Positions 15,001-32,600 of a DNA stretch of 64,000 bases are shown one piece after another (position 1 is the stretch's first letter; every line of letters begins with the position of its first letter). Below the pieces are notes generated by a model. It made no database searches. It was not told the origin of the DNA and saw only the letters and a program-made list of their open reading frames with translations. The translations under genes were made by a program, and so were the position numbers. Location of the stretch: positions 33,232,001 through 33,296,000 of the forward strand of contig OZ024747.1 of assembly GCA_964016885.1 (NCBI GenBank). Direction: 5' to 3'. This DNA is from Eledone cirrhosa (Eukaryota).

Positions 15001-18000
15001 ATAACAGAAATAACACTAACAACGTCAACAAGAATACATGTAACAACAATAACAGAAATAAACACTAGCAACGTTAACAACAATACATGTAACAACCATA
15101 ACAGAATTAACAGTTACAACGTTAACAACAATACATGTAACAACCATAACAGAAATAACACTAACAACGTTAACAACAATAAATGTAACAACCATAAAAG
15201 AAATAACATTGCAACGTTAACAACAATACATGTAACAACCATAACAGAAATAACACTAGCAACGTTAACAACAATACATGTAACAACCATAACAGAAATA
15301 ACACTAACAACGTTAACAACAATACATGTAACAAACATAACAGAAATAACACTAACAACGTTAACAACAATACATGTAACAACCAGAACAGAAATAACAC
15401 TAACGACGATAACAACAATACTTGTAACAACCATAACAGAAATAACACTAACAACGTTAACAACCATAACAGAAATAACACTAGTAACGTTAACAACAAT
15501 ACATGTAACAACCATAACAGAAATAACACTAACAACGTTAACAACAATACATGTAACAACCATAACAGAAATAACACTAGTAACATTAACAACAATACAT
15601 GTAACAACCATAACAGAAATTACACTAGTAACGTTAACAACAATACATGTAACAACCATAACAGAAATAACACTAGCAACGTTAACAACAATACATGTAA
15701 CAACCATAACAGAAACAACACTAACAACGTTAACAACAATACATGTAACAACCATAACAGAAATAACACTAACAACGTTAACAACAATACATGTAACAAC
15801 CATAACATAGATAACACTAACAACGTTAACAACAATACATGTAACAACCATAACAGAAATAACACTAACAACGTTAACAACAATACATGTAACAACCATA
15901 ACAGAATTAACACTAACAACGTTAACAACAATACATGTAACAACCATAACAGAAATAACACTAACAACGTTAACAACAATACATCTAACAAACATAACAG
16001 AAATAACACTAACAACGTTAACAACAATACATGTAACAACCATAAAAGAAATGACACTATTAACGTTAGCAACAATACATGTAACAACCATAACAGAAAT
16101 AAAACTAACAACGATAATAACAATACGTGTAACAAACATAACAGAATTAACACTAACAACGTTAACAACAACCATAACAGAAATAACACTAGCAACGTTA
16201 ACAACAATACATGTAACAACCATAACACAAATAACACTAGCAACGTTAACAACAATACATGTAAGAACCATAACAGAAATAACAGTAACAACGTTAACAA
16301 CAATACATGTAACAACCATAACAGAAATAACATTGCAACGTTAACAACAATACATGTAACAACCATAACAGAAATAACACTAGCAACGTTAACAACAATA
16401 CATGTAACAACCATAACAGAAATAACACTAACAACGTTAACAACAATACATGTAACAACCATAACAGAAATAACACTAACAACGTTAACAACAATACATG
16501 TAACAACCAAAACAGAAATAACACTAGTAACGTTAGCAACAATACATGTAACAACCATAACAGAAATAACACTAACAACGTTAACAACAATACATGTAAC
16601 AACCATAATGGAAATAACACTAGCAACGTTAACAACAATACATTAACAACCATAACGGAAATAACACTAACAACGTTAACAACAACCATAACAGAAATAA
16701 CACTAGCAACGTTAACAACAATACATGTAACAACCATAACATAGATAACACTAACAACGTTAACAAAAATACATGTAACAACCTTAACAGAAATAACACT
16801 AACAACGTTAACAACAATACATGTAACAACCATAACAGAAATAACACTAGTAACGTTAACAACAATACATGTAACAACCATAACAGAAATAACACTAACA
16901 ACGTTAACAACAATACATGTAACAACCATAACAGAAATAACACTAGTAACATTAACAACAATACATGTAACAACCATAACAGAAATAACACTAACAACGT
17001 TAACAACAATACATGTAACAATCATAACATAAATAACACTAACAACGTTAACAACAATACATGTAACAACCATAACAGAAATAACACTAACAACGTTAAC
17101 AACAATACATGTAACAACCATAACAGAAATAACACTAACAACGTTAACAACAATACATCTAACAAACATAACAGAAATAACACTAACAACGTTAACAACA
17201 ATACATGTAACAACCATAAAAGAAATGACACTAGTAACGTTAGCAACAATACATGTAACAACCATAACAGAAATAAAACTAACAACGATAATAACAATAC
17301 GTGTAACCAACATAACAGAATTAACACTAACAACGTTAACAACAACCATAACAGAAATAACACTAGCAACGTTAACGACAATACATGTAACAACCATAAC
17401 ACAAATAACACTAGCAACGTTAACAACAATACATGTAACAAACATAACAGAAATAACACTAACAACGTTAACAACAATACATGTAACAACCATAACAGAA
17501 ATAACACTAACAACGTTAACAACAATACATGTAACAACCATAACAGAAATAACACTAACAACGTTAACAACAATACATGTAACAACCATAACAGAAATAA
17601 CACTAACAACGTTAACAACAATACATGTATCAACCATAAAAGAAATAACACTGGCAACGTTAACAACAATACATGTAAGAACCATAACAGAATAACAGTA
17701 ACAACGTTAACAACAATACATGTAACAGCCATAACAGAAATAACACTAACAACGTTAACAAGAATACATGTAACAACAATAACAGAAATAACACTAGCAA
17801 CGCTAACAACAATACATGTAACAAACATAACAGAAATAACACTAACAACGTTAACAACAATACATGTAACAACCATAACAGAAATAACACTAGCAACGTT
17901 AACAACAATACATGTAACAACCATAACAGAGATAACACTAACAACGTTAACAAAAATACATGAAACAACCTTAACAGAAATAACATTAACAACGTTAACA

Positions 18001-21000
18001 ACAATACATGTAACCACCATAAAAGAAATAACACTAACAACGTTAACAACAATACATGTAACAACCATAACAGAAATAACACTAACAACGTTAACAACAA
18101 TACATGTATCAACCATAACAGAAATAACACTAGCAACGTTAACAACAATACATGTAAGAACCATAACAGAAATAACAGTAACAACGTTAACAACAATACA
18201 TGTAACAACCATAACAGAAATAACATTGCAACGTTAACAACAATACATGTAAGAACCATAACAGAAATAACACTAGCAACGTTAACAACAATACATGTAA
18301 CAACCATAACAGAAATAACACTAACAACGTTAACAACAATACATGTAACAACCATAACAGAAATAACACTAACAACGTTAACAACAATACATGTAACAAC
18401 CAAAACAGAAATAACACTAGTAACGTTAGCAACAATACATGTAACAACCATAACAGAAATAACACTAACAACGTTAACAACAATACATGTAACAACCATA
18501 ATGGAAATAACACTAGCAACGTTAACAACAATACATTAACAACCATAACGGAAATAACACTAACAACGTTAACAACAACCATAACAGAAATAACACTAGC
18601 AACGTTAACAACAATACATGTAACAACCATAACATAGATAACACTAACAACGTTAACAAAAATACATGTAACAACCTTAACAGAAATAACACTAACAACG
18701 TTAACAACAATACATGTAACAACCATAACAGAAATAACACTAGTAACGTTAACAACAATACATGTAACAATCATAACAGAAATAACACTAACAACGTTAA
18801 CAACAATACATGTAACAACCATAACAGAAATAACACTAGTAACATTAACAACAATACATGTAACAACCATAACAGAAATAACACTAACAACGTTAACAAC
18901 AATACATGTAACAATCATAACAGAAATAACACTAACAACGTTAACAACAATACATGTAACAACCATAACAGATATAACACTAACAACGTTAACAACAATA
19001 CATCTAACAAACATAACAGAAATAACACTAACAACGTTAACAACAATACATGTAACAACCATAAAAGAAATGACACTAGTAACGTTAGCAACAATACATG
19101 TAACAACCATAACAGAAATAAAACTAACAACGATAATAACAATACGTGTAACAAACATGACAGAATTAACACTAACAACGTTAACAACAACCATAACAGA
19201 AATAACACTAGCAACGTTAACGACAATACATGTAACAACCATAACACAAATAACACTAGCAACGTTAACAACAATACATGTAACAAACATAACAGAAATA
19301 ACACTAACAACGTTAACAACAATACATGTAACAACCATAACAGAAATAACACTAACAACGTTAACAACAATACATGTAACAACCATAACAGAGATAACAC
19401 TAACAACGTTAACAAAAATACATGTAACAACCTTAACAGAAATAACACTAACAACGTTAACAGCAATACATGTAACCACCATAAAAGAAATAACACTAAC
19501 AACGTTAACAACAATACATGTAACAACCATAACAGAAATAACACTAACAACGTTAACAACAATACATGTATCAACCATAAAAGAAATAACACTGGCAACG
19601 TTAACAACAATACATGTAAGAACCATAACAGAAATAACAGTAACAACGTTAACAACAATACATGTAACAGCCATAACAGAAATAACACTAACAACGTTAA
19701 CAAGAATACATGTAACAACAATAACAGAAATAACACTAGCAACGTTAACAACAATACATGTAACAACCATAACAGAATTAACAGTAACAACGTTAACAAC
19801 AATACATGTAACAACCATAACAGAAATAACACTAACAACGTTAACAACAATAAATGTAACAACCATAACAGAAATAACATTGCAACGTTAACAACAATAC
19901 ATGTAACAACCATAACAGAAATAACACTAGCAACGTTAACAACAATACATGTAACAACCATAACAGAAATAACACTAACAACGTTAACAACAATACATGT
20001 AACAAACATAACAGAAATAACACTAACAACGTTAACAACAATACATGTAACAACCAGAACAGAAATAACACTAACGACGATAACAACAATACTTGTAACA
20101 ACCATAACAGAAATAACACTAACAACGTTAACAACAACCATAACAGAAATAACACTAGTAACGTTAACAACAATACATGTAACAACCATAACAGAAATAA
20201 CACTAACAACGTTAACAACAATACATGTAACAACCATAACAGAAATAACACTAGTAACATTAACAACAATACATGTAACAACCATAACAGAAATAACACT
20301 AGTAACGTTAACAACAATACATGTAACAACCATAACAGAAATAACACTAGTAACGTTAACAACAATACATGTAACAACCATAACAGAAACAACACTAACA
20401 ACGTTAACAACAATACATGTAACAACCATAACAGAAATAATACTAACAACGTTAACAACAATACATGTAACAACCATAACATAGATAACACTAACAAAGT
20501 TAACAAAAATACATGTAACAACCTTAACAGAAATAACACTAACAACGTTAACAACAATACATGTAACAACCATAACAGAAATAACACTAGTAACGTTAAC
20601 AACAATACACGTAACAACCATAACAGAAATAACACTAACAACGTTAACAACAATACATGTATCAACCATAAAAGAAATAACACTAGCAACGTTAACAACA
20701 ATACATGTAAGAACCATAACAGAAATAACAGTAACAACGTTAACAACAATACATCTAACAACCACCATAACAGAAATAACACTAGCAACATGAACAACAA
20801 TACACGTAACAGCCATAACAGAAATAACACTAACAACGTCAACAAGAATACATGTAACAACAATAACAGAAATAAACACTAGCAACGTTAACAACAATAC
20901 ATGTAACAACCAAAACAGAAATAACACTAGTAACGTTAACAACAATACATGTAACAACCATAACAGAAATAACACTAACAACGTTAACAACAATACATGT

Positions 21001-23700
21001 AAGAACCATAACAGAAATAACACTAGCAACGTTAACAACAATACATGTAACAACCATAACAGAAATAACACTAACAACGTTAACAACAATACATGTAACA
21101 ACCATAACAGAAATAACACTAACAACGTTAACAACAATACATGTAACAACCATAACAGATATAACACTAACAACGTTAACAACAATACATCTAACAAACA
21201 TAACAGAAATAACACTAACAACGTTAACAACAATACATGTAACAACCATAAAAGAAATGACACTAGTAACGTTAACAACAATACATGTAACAACCATAAC
21301 AGAAATAAAACTAACAACGATAATAACAATACGTGTAACAAACATGACAGAATTAACACTAACAACGTTAACAACAACCATAACAGAAATAACACTAGCA
21401 ACGTTAACGACAATACATGTAACAACCATAACACAAATAACACTAGCAACGTTAACAACAATACATGTAACAAACATAACAGAAATAACACTAACAACGT
21501 TAACAACAATACATGTAACAACCATAACAGAAATAACACTAACAACGTTAACAACAATACATGTAACAACCATAACAGAGATAACACTAACAACGTTAAC
21601 AAAAATACATGTAACAACCTTAACAGAAATGACACTAACAACGTTAACAGCAATACATGTAACCACCATAAAAGAAATAACACTAACAACGTTAACAACA
21701 ATACATGTAACAACCATAACAGAAATAACACTAACAACGTTAACAACAATACATGTATCAACCATAAAAGAAATAACACTGGCAACGTTAACAACAATAC
21801 ATGTAAGAACCATAACAGAAATAACAGTAACAACGTTAACAACAATACATGTAACAGCCATAACAGAAATAACACTAACAACGTTAACAAGAATACATGT
21901 AACAACAATAACAGAAATAACACTAGCAACGTTAACAACAATACATGTAACAACCATAACAGAATTAACAGTAACAACGTTAACAACAATACATGTAACA
22001 ACCATAACAGAAATAACACTAACAACGTTAACAACAATAAATGTAACAACCATAACAGAAATAACATTGCAACGTTAACAACAATACATGTAACAACCAT
22101 AACAGAAATAACACTAGCAACGTTAACAACAATACATGTAACAACCATAACAGAAATAACACTAACAACGTTAACAACAATACATGTAACAAACATAACA
22201 GAAATAACACTAACAACGTTAACAACAATACATGTAACAACCAGAACAGAAATAACACTAACGACGATAACAACAATACTTGTAACAACCATAACAGAAA
22301 TAACACTAACAACGTTAACAACAACCATAACAGAAATAACACTAGTAACGTTAACAACAATACATGTAACAACCATAACAGAAATAACACTAACAACGTT
22401 AACAACAATACATGTAACAACCATAACAGAAATAACACTAGTAACATTATCAACAATACATGTAACAACCATAACAGAAATAACACTAGTAACGTTAACA
22501 ACAATACATGTAACAACCATAACAGAAATAACACTAGTAACATTAACAACAATACATGTAACAACCATAACAGAAACAACACTAACAACGTTAACAACAA
22601 TACATGTAACAACCATAACAGAAATAACACTAACAACGTTAACAACAATACATGTAACAACCATAACATAGATAACACTAACAAAGTTAACAAAAATACA
22701 TGTAACAACCTTAACAGAAATAACACTAACAACGTTAACAACAATACATGTAACAACCATAACAGAAATAACACTAGTAACGTTAACAACAATACACGTA
22801 ACAACCATAACAGAAATAACACTAACAACGTTAACAACAATACATGTATCAACCATAAAAGAAATAACACTAGCAACGTTAACAACAATACATGTAAGAA
22901 CCATAACAGAAATAACAGTAACAACGTTAACAACAATACATCTAACAACCACCATAACAGAAATAACACTAGCAACATGAACAACAATACACGTAACAGC
23001 CATAACAGAAATAACACTAACAACGTCAACAAGAATACATGTAACAACAATAACAGAAATAAACACTAGCAACGTTAACAACAATACATGTAACAACCAA
23101 AACAGAAATAACACTAGTAACGTAAACAACAATACATGTAACAACCATAACAGAAATAACACTAACAACGTTAACAACAATACATGTATCAACCATAACA
23201 GAAATAACACTAGCAACGTTAACAACAATACATGTAAGAACCATAACAGAAATAACAGTAACAACGTTAACAACAATACATGTAACAACCATAACAGAAA
23301 TAACATTGCAACGTTAACAACAATACATGTAAGAACCATAACAGAAATAACACTAGCAACGTTAACAACAATACATGTAACAACCATAACAGAAATAACA
23401 CTAACAACGTTAACAACAATACATGTAACAACCATAACAGAAATAACACTAACAACGTTAACAACAATACATGTAACAACCATAACAGAAATAACACTAA
23501 CAACGTTAACAACAATACATGTAACAACCATAATGGAAATAACACTAGCAACGTTAACAACAATACATTAACAACCATAACGGAAATAACACTAACAACG
23601 TTAACAACAACCATAACAGAAATAACACTAGCAACGTTAACAACAATACATGTAACAACCATAACATAGATAACACTAACAACGTTAACAACAATAAATG
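1..23700 (+). repeat. Satellite domain I: irregular ~1.8-2.3 kb higher-order patchwork
   Basis: The marker cassette CATAATGGAAAT...AATACATTAAC (1-bp deletion) occurs at ~76, 783, 4284, 6119, 8337, 10602, 12592, 16606, 18499 and 23531, and I did not see it afterwards. A near-identical 130-aa pseudo-ORF recurs at 806, 4307, 8360, 10625, 12615 and 16629. Confidence 0.85.
18920..23180 (+). repeat. 2,187-bp tandem duplication within domain I
   Basis: Rare variants pair at a 2,187 offset: GATATAAC 18971/21158, ATTGC 19879/22066, and a +3 CAC insertion at ~20762/22949. ORF pairs 19070/21257 and 19841/22028 are also 2,187 apart. Confidence 0.9.
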
Positions 23701-23719
23701 TAACAACCATAACAGAAAT

Positions 23720-26700
23720 AACATTGCAACGTTAACAACAATACATGTAACAACCATAACAGAAATAACACTAGCAACGTTAACAACAATACATGTAACA
23801 ACCATAACAGAAATAACACTAGCAACGTTAACAACAATACATGTAACAACCATAACAGAAATAACACTAACAACGTTAACAACAATACATGTAACAACCA
23901 TAAAGGAAATGACACTAGTAACGTTAGCAACAATACATGTAACAACCATAACAGAAATAAAACTAACAACGATAATAACAATACGTGTAACAAACATAAC
24001 AGAATTAACACTAACAACGTTAACAACAACCATAACAGAAATAACACTAGCACCGTTAACAACAATACATGTAACAACCATAACACAAATAACACTAGCA
24101 ACGTTAACAACAATACATGTAACAAACATAACAGAAATAACACTAACAACGTTAACAACAATACATGTAACAACCATAACAGAAATAACACTAACAACGT
24201 TAACAACAATACATGTATCAACCATAAGAGAAATAACACTAGCAACGTTAACAACAATACATGTAAGAACCATAACAGAAATAACAGTAACAACGTTAAC
24301 AAAAATACATGTAACAACCTTAACAGAAATAACAATAACAACGTTAACAACAATACATGTAACAACCATAAAAGAAATAACACTAACAACGTTAACAACA
24401 ATACATGTAACAATCATAACAGAAATAACACTAACAACGTTAACAACAATACATGTAACAACCATAACAGAAATAACACTAGCAACGTTAACAACAATAC
24501 ATCTAACAACCATAACAGAAATAACACTAGCAACGTTAACAACAATACATGTAACAACCATAACAGAAATAACACTAACAACGTTAACAACAGTACATGT
24601 AACAAACATAACAGAAATAACACTAGCAACGTTAACAACAATACATCTAACAACCATAACAGAAATAACACTAGCAACGTTAACAACAATACATGTAACA
24701 ACCATAACAGAAATAACACTAACAACTTTAACAACAATACATGTAACAGACATAACAGAAATAACGCTAACAACGTTAACAACAATATATGTAACAACCA
24801 GAACAGAAATAACACTAACGACGATAACAACAATACTTGTAACAACCATAACAGAAATAACACTAACAACGTTAACAACAACCATAACAGAAATAACACT
24901 AGTAACGTTAACAACAATACATGTAACAACCATAACAGAAATAACACTAGCAACGTTAACAACAATACATGTAACAACCATAACAGAAATAACACTAACA
25001 ACGTTAACAACAATACATGTAACAAACATAACAGAAATAACACTAACAACGTTAACAACAATACATGTAACAACCAGAACAGAAATAACACTAACGACGA
25101 TAACAACAATACTTGTAACAACCATAACAGAAATAACACTAACAACGTTAACAACAACCATAACAGAAATAACACTAGTAACGTTAACAACAATACATGT
25201 AACAAACATAACAGAAATAACACTAGTAACATTAACAACAATACATGTAACAACCATAACAGAAATAACACTAGTAACGTTAACAACAATACATGTAACA
25301 ACCATAACACAAATAACACTAGCAACGTTACCAGCAATACGTGTAACAACCATAACAGAAACAACACTAACAACGTTAACAACAATACATGTAACAACCA
25401 TAACAGAAATAACACTAACAACGTTAACAACAATACATGTAACAACCATAACATAGATAACACTAACAACGTTAACAAAAATACATGTACCAACCTTAAC
25501 AGAAATAACACTAACAACGTTAACAACAATACATGTAACAACCATAAAAGAAATAACACTAACAACGTTAACAACAATACATGTAACAACCATAACAGAA
25601 ATAACACTAACAACATTAACAACAATACATGTAACAACCATAACAGAAATAACACTAGCAACGTTAACAACAATACATGTAAGAACCATAACAGAAATAA
25701 CACTAACAACGTTAACAACAATACATGTAAGAACCATAACAGAAATAACACTAGCAACGTTAACAACAATACATGTAAGAACCATAACAGAAATAACAGT
25801 AACAACGTTAACAACAATACATGTAACAACCATAACATAAATAACACTAGCAACGTTAACAACAATACATGTAACAACCATAACAGAAATAACACTAACA
25901 ACGTTAACAACAGTACATGTAACAAACATAACAGAAATAACACTAGCAACGTTAACAACAATACATCTAACAACCATAACAGAAATAACACTAGCAACGT
26001 TAACAACAATACATGTAACAACCATAACAGAAATAACACTAACAACTTTAACAACAATACATGTAACAGACATAACAGAAATAACGCTAACAACGTTAAC
26101 AACAATACATGTAACAACCAGAACAGAAATAACACTAACGACGATAACAACAATACTTGTAACAACCATAACAGAAATAACACTAACAACGTTAACAACA
26201 ACCATAACAGAAATAACACTAGTAACGTTAACAACAATACATGTAACAACCATAACAGAAATAACACTAGCAACGTTAACAACAATACATGTAACAACCA
26301 TAACAGAAATAACACTAACAACGTTAACAACAATACATGTAACAAACATAACAGAAATAACACTAACAACGTTAATAACAATACATGTAACAACCATAAC
26401 AGAAATAACATTGCAACGTTAACAACAATACATGTAACAACCATAACAGAAATAACACTAGCAACGTTAACAACAATACATGTAACAACCATAACAGAAA
26501 TAACACTAGCAACGTTAACAACAATACATGTAACAACCATAACAGAAATAACACTAACAACGTTAACAACAATACATGTAACAACCATAAAGGAAATGAC
26601 ACTAGTAACGTTAGCAACAATACATGTAACAACCATAACAGAAATAAAACTAACAACGATAATAACAATACGTGTAACAAACATAACAGAATTAACACTA

Positions 26701-29700
26701 ACAACGTTAACAACAACCATAACAGAAATAACACTAGCAACGTTAACAACAATACATGTAACAACCATAACACAAATAACACTAGCAACGTTAACAACAA
26801 TACATGTAACAAACATAACAGAAATAACACTAACAACGTTAACAACAATACATGTAACAACCATAACAGAAATAACACTAGCAACGTTAACAACAATACA
26901 TGTAAGAACCATAACAGAAATAACAGTAACAACGTTAACAAAAATACATGTAACAACCTTAACAGAAATAACAATAACAACGTTAACAACAATACATGTA
27001 ACAACCATAAATGAAATAACACTAACAACGTTAACAACAATACATGTAACAATCATAACAGAAATAACACTAACAACGTTAACAACAATACATGTAACAA
27101 CCATAACAGAAATAACACTAGCAACGTTAACAACAATACATCTAACAACCATAACAGAAATAACATTAGCAACGTTAACAACAATACATGTAACAACCAT
27201 AACAGAAATAACACTAACAACGTTAACAACAGTACATGTAACAAACATAACAGAAATAACACTAGCAACGTTAACAACAATACATCTAACAACCATAACA
27301 GAAATAACACTAGCAACGTTAACAACAATACATGTAACAACCATAACAGAAATAACACTAACAACTTTAACAACAATACATGTAACAGACATAACAGAAA
27401 TAACGCTAACAACGTTAACAACAATACATGTAACAACCAGAACAGAAATAACACTAACGACGATAACAACAATACTTGTAACAACCATAACAGAAATAAC
27501 ACTAACAACGTTAACAACAACCATAACAGAAATAACACTAGTAACGTTAACAACAATACATGTAACAACCATAACAGAAATAACACTAGCAACGTTAACA
27601 ACAATACATGTAACAACCATAACAGAAATAACACTAACAACGTTAACAACACTACATGTAACAAACATAACAGAAATAACACTAACAACGTTAACAACAA
27701 TACATGTAACAACCAGAACAGAAATAACACTAACGACGATAACAACAATACTTGTAACAACCATAACAGAAATAACACTAACAACGTTAACAACAACCAT
27801 AACAGAAATAACACTAGTAACGTTAACAACAATACATGTAACAACCATAACAGAAATAACACTAGTAACATTAACAACAATACATGTAACAACCATAACA
27901 GAAATAACACTAGTAACGTTAACAACAATACATGTAACAACCATAACACAAATAACACTAGCAACGTTAACAGCAATACGTGTAACAACCATAACAGAAA
28001 CAACACTAACAACGTTAACAACAATACATGTAACAACCATAACAGAAATAACACTAACAACGTTAACAACAATACATGTAACAACCATAACATAGATAAC
28101 ACTAACAACGTTAACAAAAATACATGTACCAACCTTAACAGAAATAACACTAACAACGTTAACAACAATACATGTAACAACCATAAAAGAAATAACACTA
28201 ACAACGTTAACAACAATACATGTAACAACCATAACAGAAATAACACTAACAACATTAACAACAATACATGTAACAACCATAACAGAAATAACACTAGCAA
28301 CGTTAACAACAATACATGTAAGAACCATAACAGAAATAACACTAACAACGTTAACAACAATACATGTAAGAACCATAACAGAAATAACACTAGCAACGTT
28401 AACAACAATACATGTAAGAACCATAACAGAAATAACAGTAACAACGTTAACAACAATACATGTAACAACCATAACATAAATAACACTAGCAACGTTAACA
28501 ACAATACATGTAACAACCATAACAGAAATAACACTAACAACGTTAACAACAGTACATGTAACAAACATAACAGAAATAACACTAGCAACGTTAACAACAA
28601 TACATCTAACAACCATAACAGAAATAACACTAGCAACGTTAACAACAATACATGTAACAACCATAACAGAAATAACACTAACAACTTTAACAACAATACA
28701 TGTAACAGACATAACAGAAATAACGCTAACAACGTTAACAACAATACATGTAACAACCAGAACAGAAATAACACTAACGACGATAACAACAATACTTGTA
28801 ACAACCATAAAAGAAATAACACTAACAACGTTAACAACAACCATAACAGAAATAACACTAGTAACGTTAACAACAATACATGTAACAACCATAACAGAAA
28901 TAACACTAGCAACGTTAACAACAATACATGTAACAACCATAACAGAAATAACACTAACAACGTTAACAACAATACATGTAACAAACATAACAGAAATAAC
29001 ACTAACAACGTTAATAACAATACATGTAACAACCATAACAGAAATAACATTGCAACGTTAACAACAATACATGTAACAACCATAACAGAAATAACACTAG
29101 CAACGTTAACAACAATACATGTAACAACCATAACAGAAATAACACTAGCAACGTTAACAACAATACATGTAACAACCATAACAGAAATAACACTAACAAC
29201 GTTAACAACAATACATGTAACAACCATAAAGGAAATGACACTAGTAACGTTAGCAACAATACATGTAACAACCATAACAGAAATAAAACTAACAACGATA
29301 ATAACAATACGTGTAACAAACATAACAGAATTAACACTAACAACGTTAACAACAACCATAACAGAAATAACACTAGCAACGTTAACAACAATACATGTAA
29401 CAACCATAACACAAATAACACTAGCAACGTTAACAACAATACATGTAACAAACATAACAGAAATAACACTAACAACGTTAACAACAATACATGTAACAAC
29501 CATAACAGAAATAACACTAGCAACGTTAACAACAATACATGTAAGAACCATAACAGAAATAACAGTAACAACGTTAACAAAAATACATGTAACAACCTTA
29601 ACAGAAATAACAATAACAACGTTAACAACAATACATGTAACAACCATAAATGAAATAACACTAACAACGTTAACAACAATACATGTAACAATCATAACAG

Positions 29701-32600
29701 AAATAACACTAACAACGTTAACAACAATACATGTAACAACCATAACAGAAATAACACTAGCAACGTTAACAACAATACATCTAACAACCATAACAGAAAT
29801 AACATTAGCAACGTTAACAACAATACATGTAACAACCATAACAGAAATAACACTAACAACGTTAACAACAGTACATGTAACAAACATAACAGAAATAACA
29901 CTAGCAACGTTAACAACAATACATCTAACAACCATAACAGAAATAACACTAGCAACGTTAACAACAATACATGTAACAACCATAACAGAAATAACACTAA
30001 CAACTTTAACAACAATACATGTAACAGACATAACAGAAATAACGCTAACAACGTTAACAACAATACATGTAACAACCAGAACAGAAATAACACTAACGAC
30101 GATAACAACAATACTTGTAACAACCATAACAGAAATAACACTAACAACGTTAACAACAACCATAACAGAAATAACACTAGTAACGTTAACAACAATACAT
30201 GTAACAACCATAACAGAAATAACACTAGCAACGTTAACAACAATACATGTAACAACCATAACAGAAATAACACTAACAACGTTAACAACACTACATGTAA
30301 CAAACATAACAGAAATAACACTAACAACGTTAACAACAATACATGTAACAACCAGAACAGAAATAACACTAACGACGATAACAACAATACTTGTAACAAC
30401 CATAACAGAAATAACACTAACAACGTTAACAACAACCATAACAGAAATAACACTAGTAACGTTAACAACAATACATGTAACAACCATAACAGAAATAACA
30501 CTAGTAACATTAACAACAATACATGTAACAACCATAACAGAAATAACACTAGTAACGTTAACAACAATACATGTAACAACCATAACACAAATAACACTAG
30601 CAACGTTAACAGCAATACATGTAACAACCATAACAGAAACAACACTAACAACGTTAACAACAATACATGTAACAACCATAACAGAAATAACACTAACAAC
30701 GTTAACAACAATACATGTAACAACCATAACATAGATAACACTAACAACGTTAACAAAAATACATGTACCAACCTTAACAGAAATAACACTAACAACGTTA
30801 ACAACAATACATGTAACAACCATAAAAGAAATAACACTAACAACGTTAACAACAATACATGTAACAACCATAACAGAAATAACACTAACAACATTAACAA
30901 CAATACATGTAACAACCATAACAGAAATAACACTAGCAACGTTAACAACAATACATGTAAGAACCATAACAGAAATAACACTAACAACGTTAACAACAAT
31001 ACATGTAAGAACCATAACAGAAATAACACTAGCAACGTTAACAACAATACATGTAAGAACCATAACAGAAATAACAGTAACAACGTTAACAACAATACAT
31101 GTAACAACCATAACATAAATAACACTAGCAACGTTAACAACAATACATGTAACAACCATAACAGAAATAACACTAACAACGTTAACAACAGTACATGTAA
31201 CAAACATAACAGAAATAACACTAGCAACGTTAACAACAATACATCTAACAACCATAACAGAAATAACACTAGCAACGTTAACAACAATACATGTAACAAC
31301 CATAACAGAAATAACACTAACAACTTTAACAACAATACATGTAACAGACATAACAGAAATAACGCTAACAACGTTAACAACAATACATGTAACAACCAGA
31401 ACAGAAATAACACTAACGACGATAACAACAATACTTGTAACAACCATAACAGAAATAACACTAACAACGTTAACAACAACCATAACAGAAATAACACTAG
31501 TAACGTTAACAACAATACATGTAACAACCATAACAGAAATAACACTAGCAACGTTAACAACAATACATGTAACAACCATAACAGAAATAACACTAACAAC
31601 GTTAACAACAATACATGTAACAAACATAACAGAAATAACACTAACAACGTTAACAACAATACATGTAACAACCAGAACAGAAATAACACTAACGACGATA
31701 ACAACAATACTTGTAACAACCATAACAGAAATAACACTAACAACGTTAACAACAACCATAACAGAAATAACACTAGTAACGTTAACAACAATACATGTAA
31801 CAACCATAACAGAAATAACACTAGTAACATTAACAACAATACATGTAACAACCATAACAGAAATAACACTAGTAACGTTAACAACAATACATGTAACAAC
31901 CATAACACAAATAACACTAGCAACGTTAACAGCAATACATGTAACAACCATAACACAAATAACACTAGCAACGTTAACAACAATACATGTAACAACCATA
32001 ACACAAATAACACTAGCAACGTTAACAACAATACATGTAACAACCATAACACAAATAACACTAGCAACGTTAACAGCAATACATGTAACAACCATAACAG
32101 AAACAACACTAACAACGTTAACAACAATACATGTAACAACCATAACAGAAATAACACTAACAACGTTAACAACAATACATGTAACAACCATAACATAGAT
32201 AACACTAACAACGTTAACAAAAATACATGTACCAACCTTAACAGAAATAACACTAACAACGTTAACAACAATACATGTAACAACCATAAAAGAAATAACA
32301 CTAACAACGTTAACAACAATACATGTAACAACCATAACAGAAATAACACTAACAACATTAAGAACAATACATGTAACAACCATAACAGAAATAACACTAG
32401 CAACGTTAACAACAATACATGTAAGAACCATAACAGAAATAACACTAACAACGTTAACAACAATACATGTAAGAACCATAACAGAAATAACACTAGCAAC
32501 GTTAACAACAATACATGTAAGAACCATAACAGAAATAACAGTAACAACGTTAACAACAATACATGTAACAACCATAACATAAATAACACTAGCAACGTTA
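23720..32600 (+). repeat. Satellite domain II: regular HOR, ~2,639-bp unit made of two 28-monomer halves (1,320 + 1,319 bp), about 3 copies plus a partial
   Basis: The CAGTACATGT variant G is at 24593, 25913, 27232, 28552, 29871 and 31191 (spacings 1320, 1319, 1320, 1319, 1320). The ATTGC marker is at 23723, 26410 and 29049. The 499-aa pseudo-ORFs at 26596 and 29235 are 2,639 apart. Confidence 0.92.
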
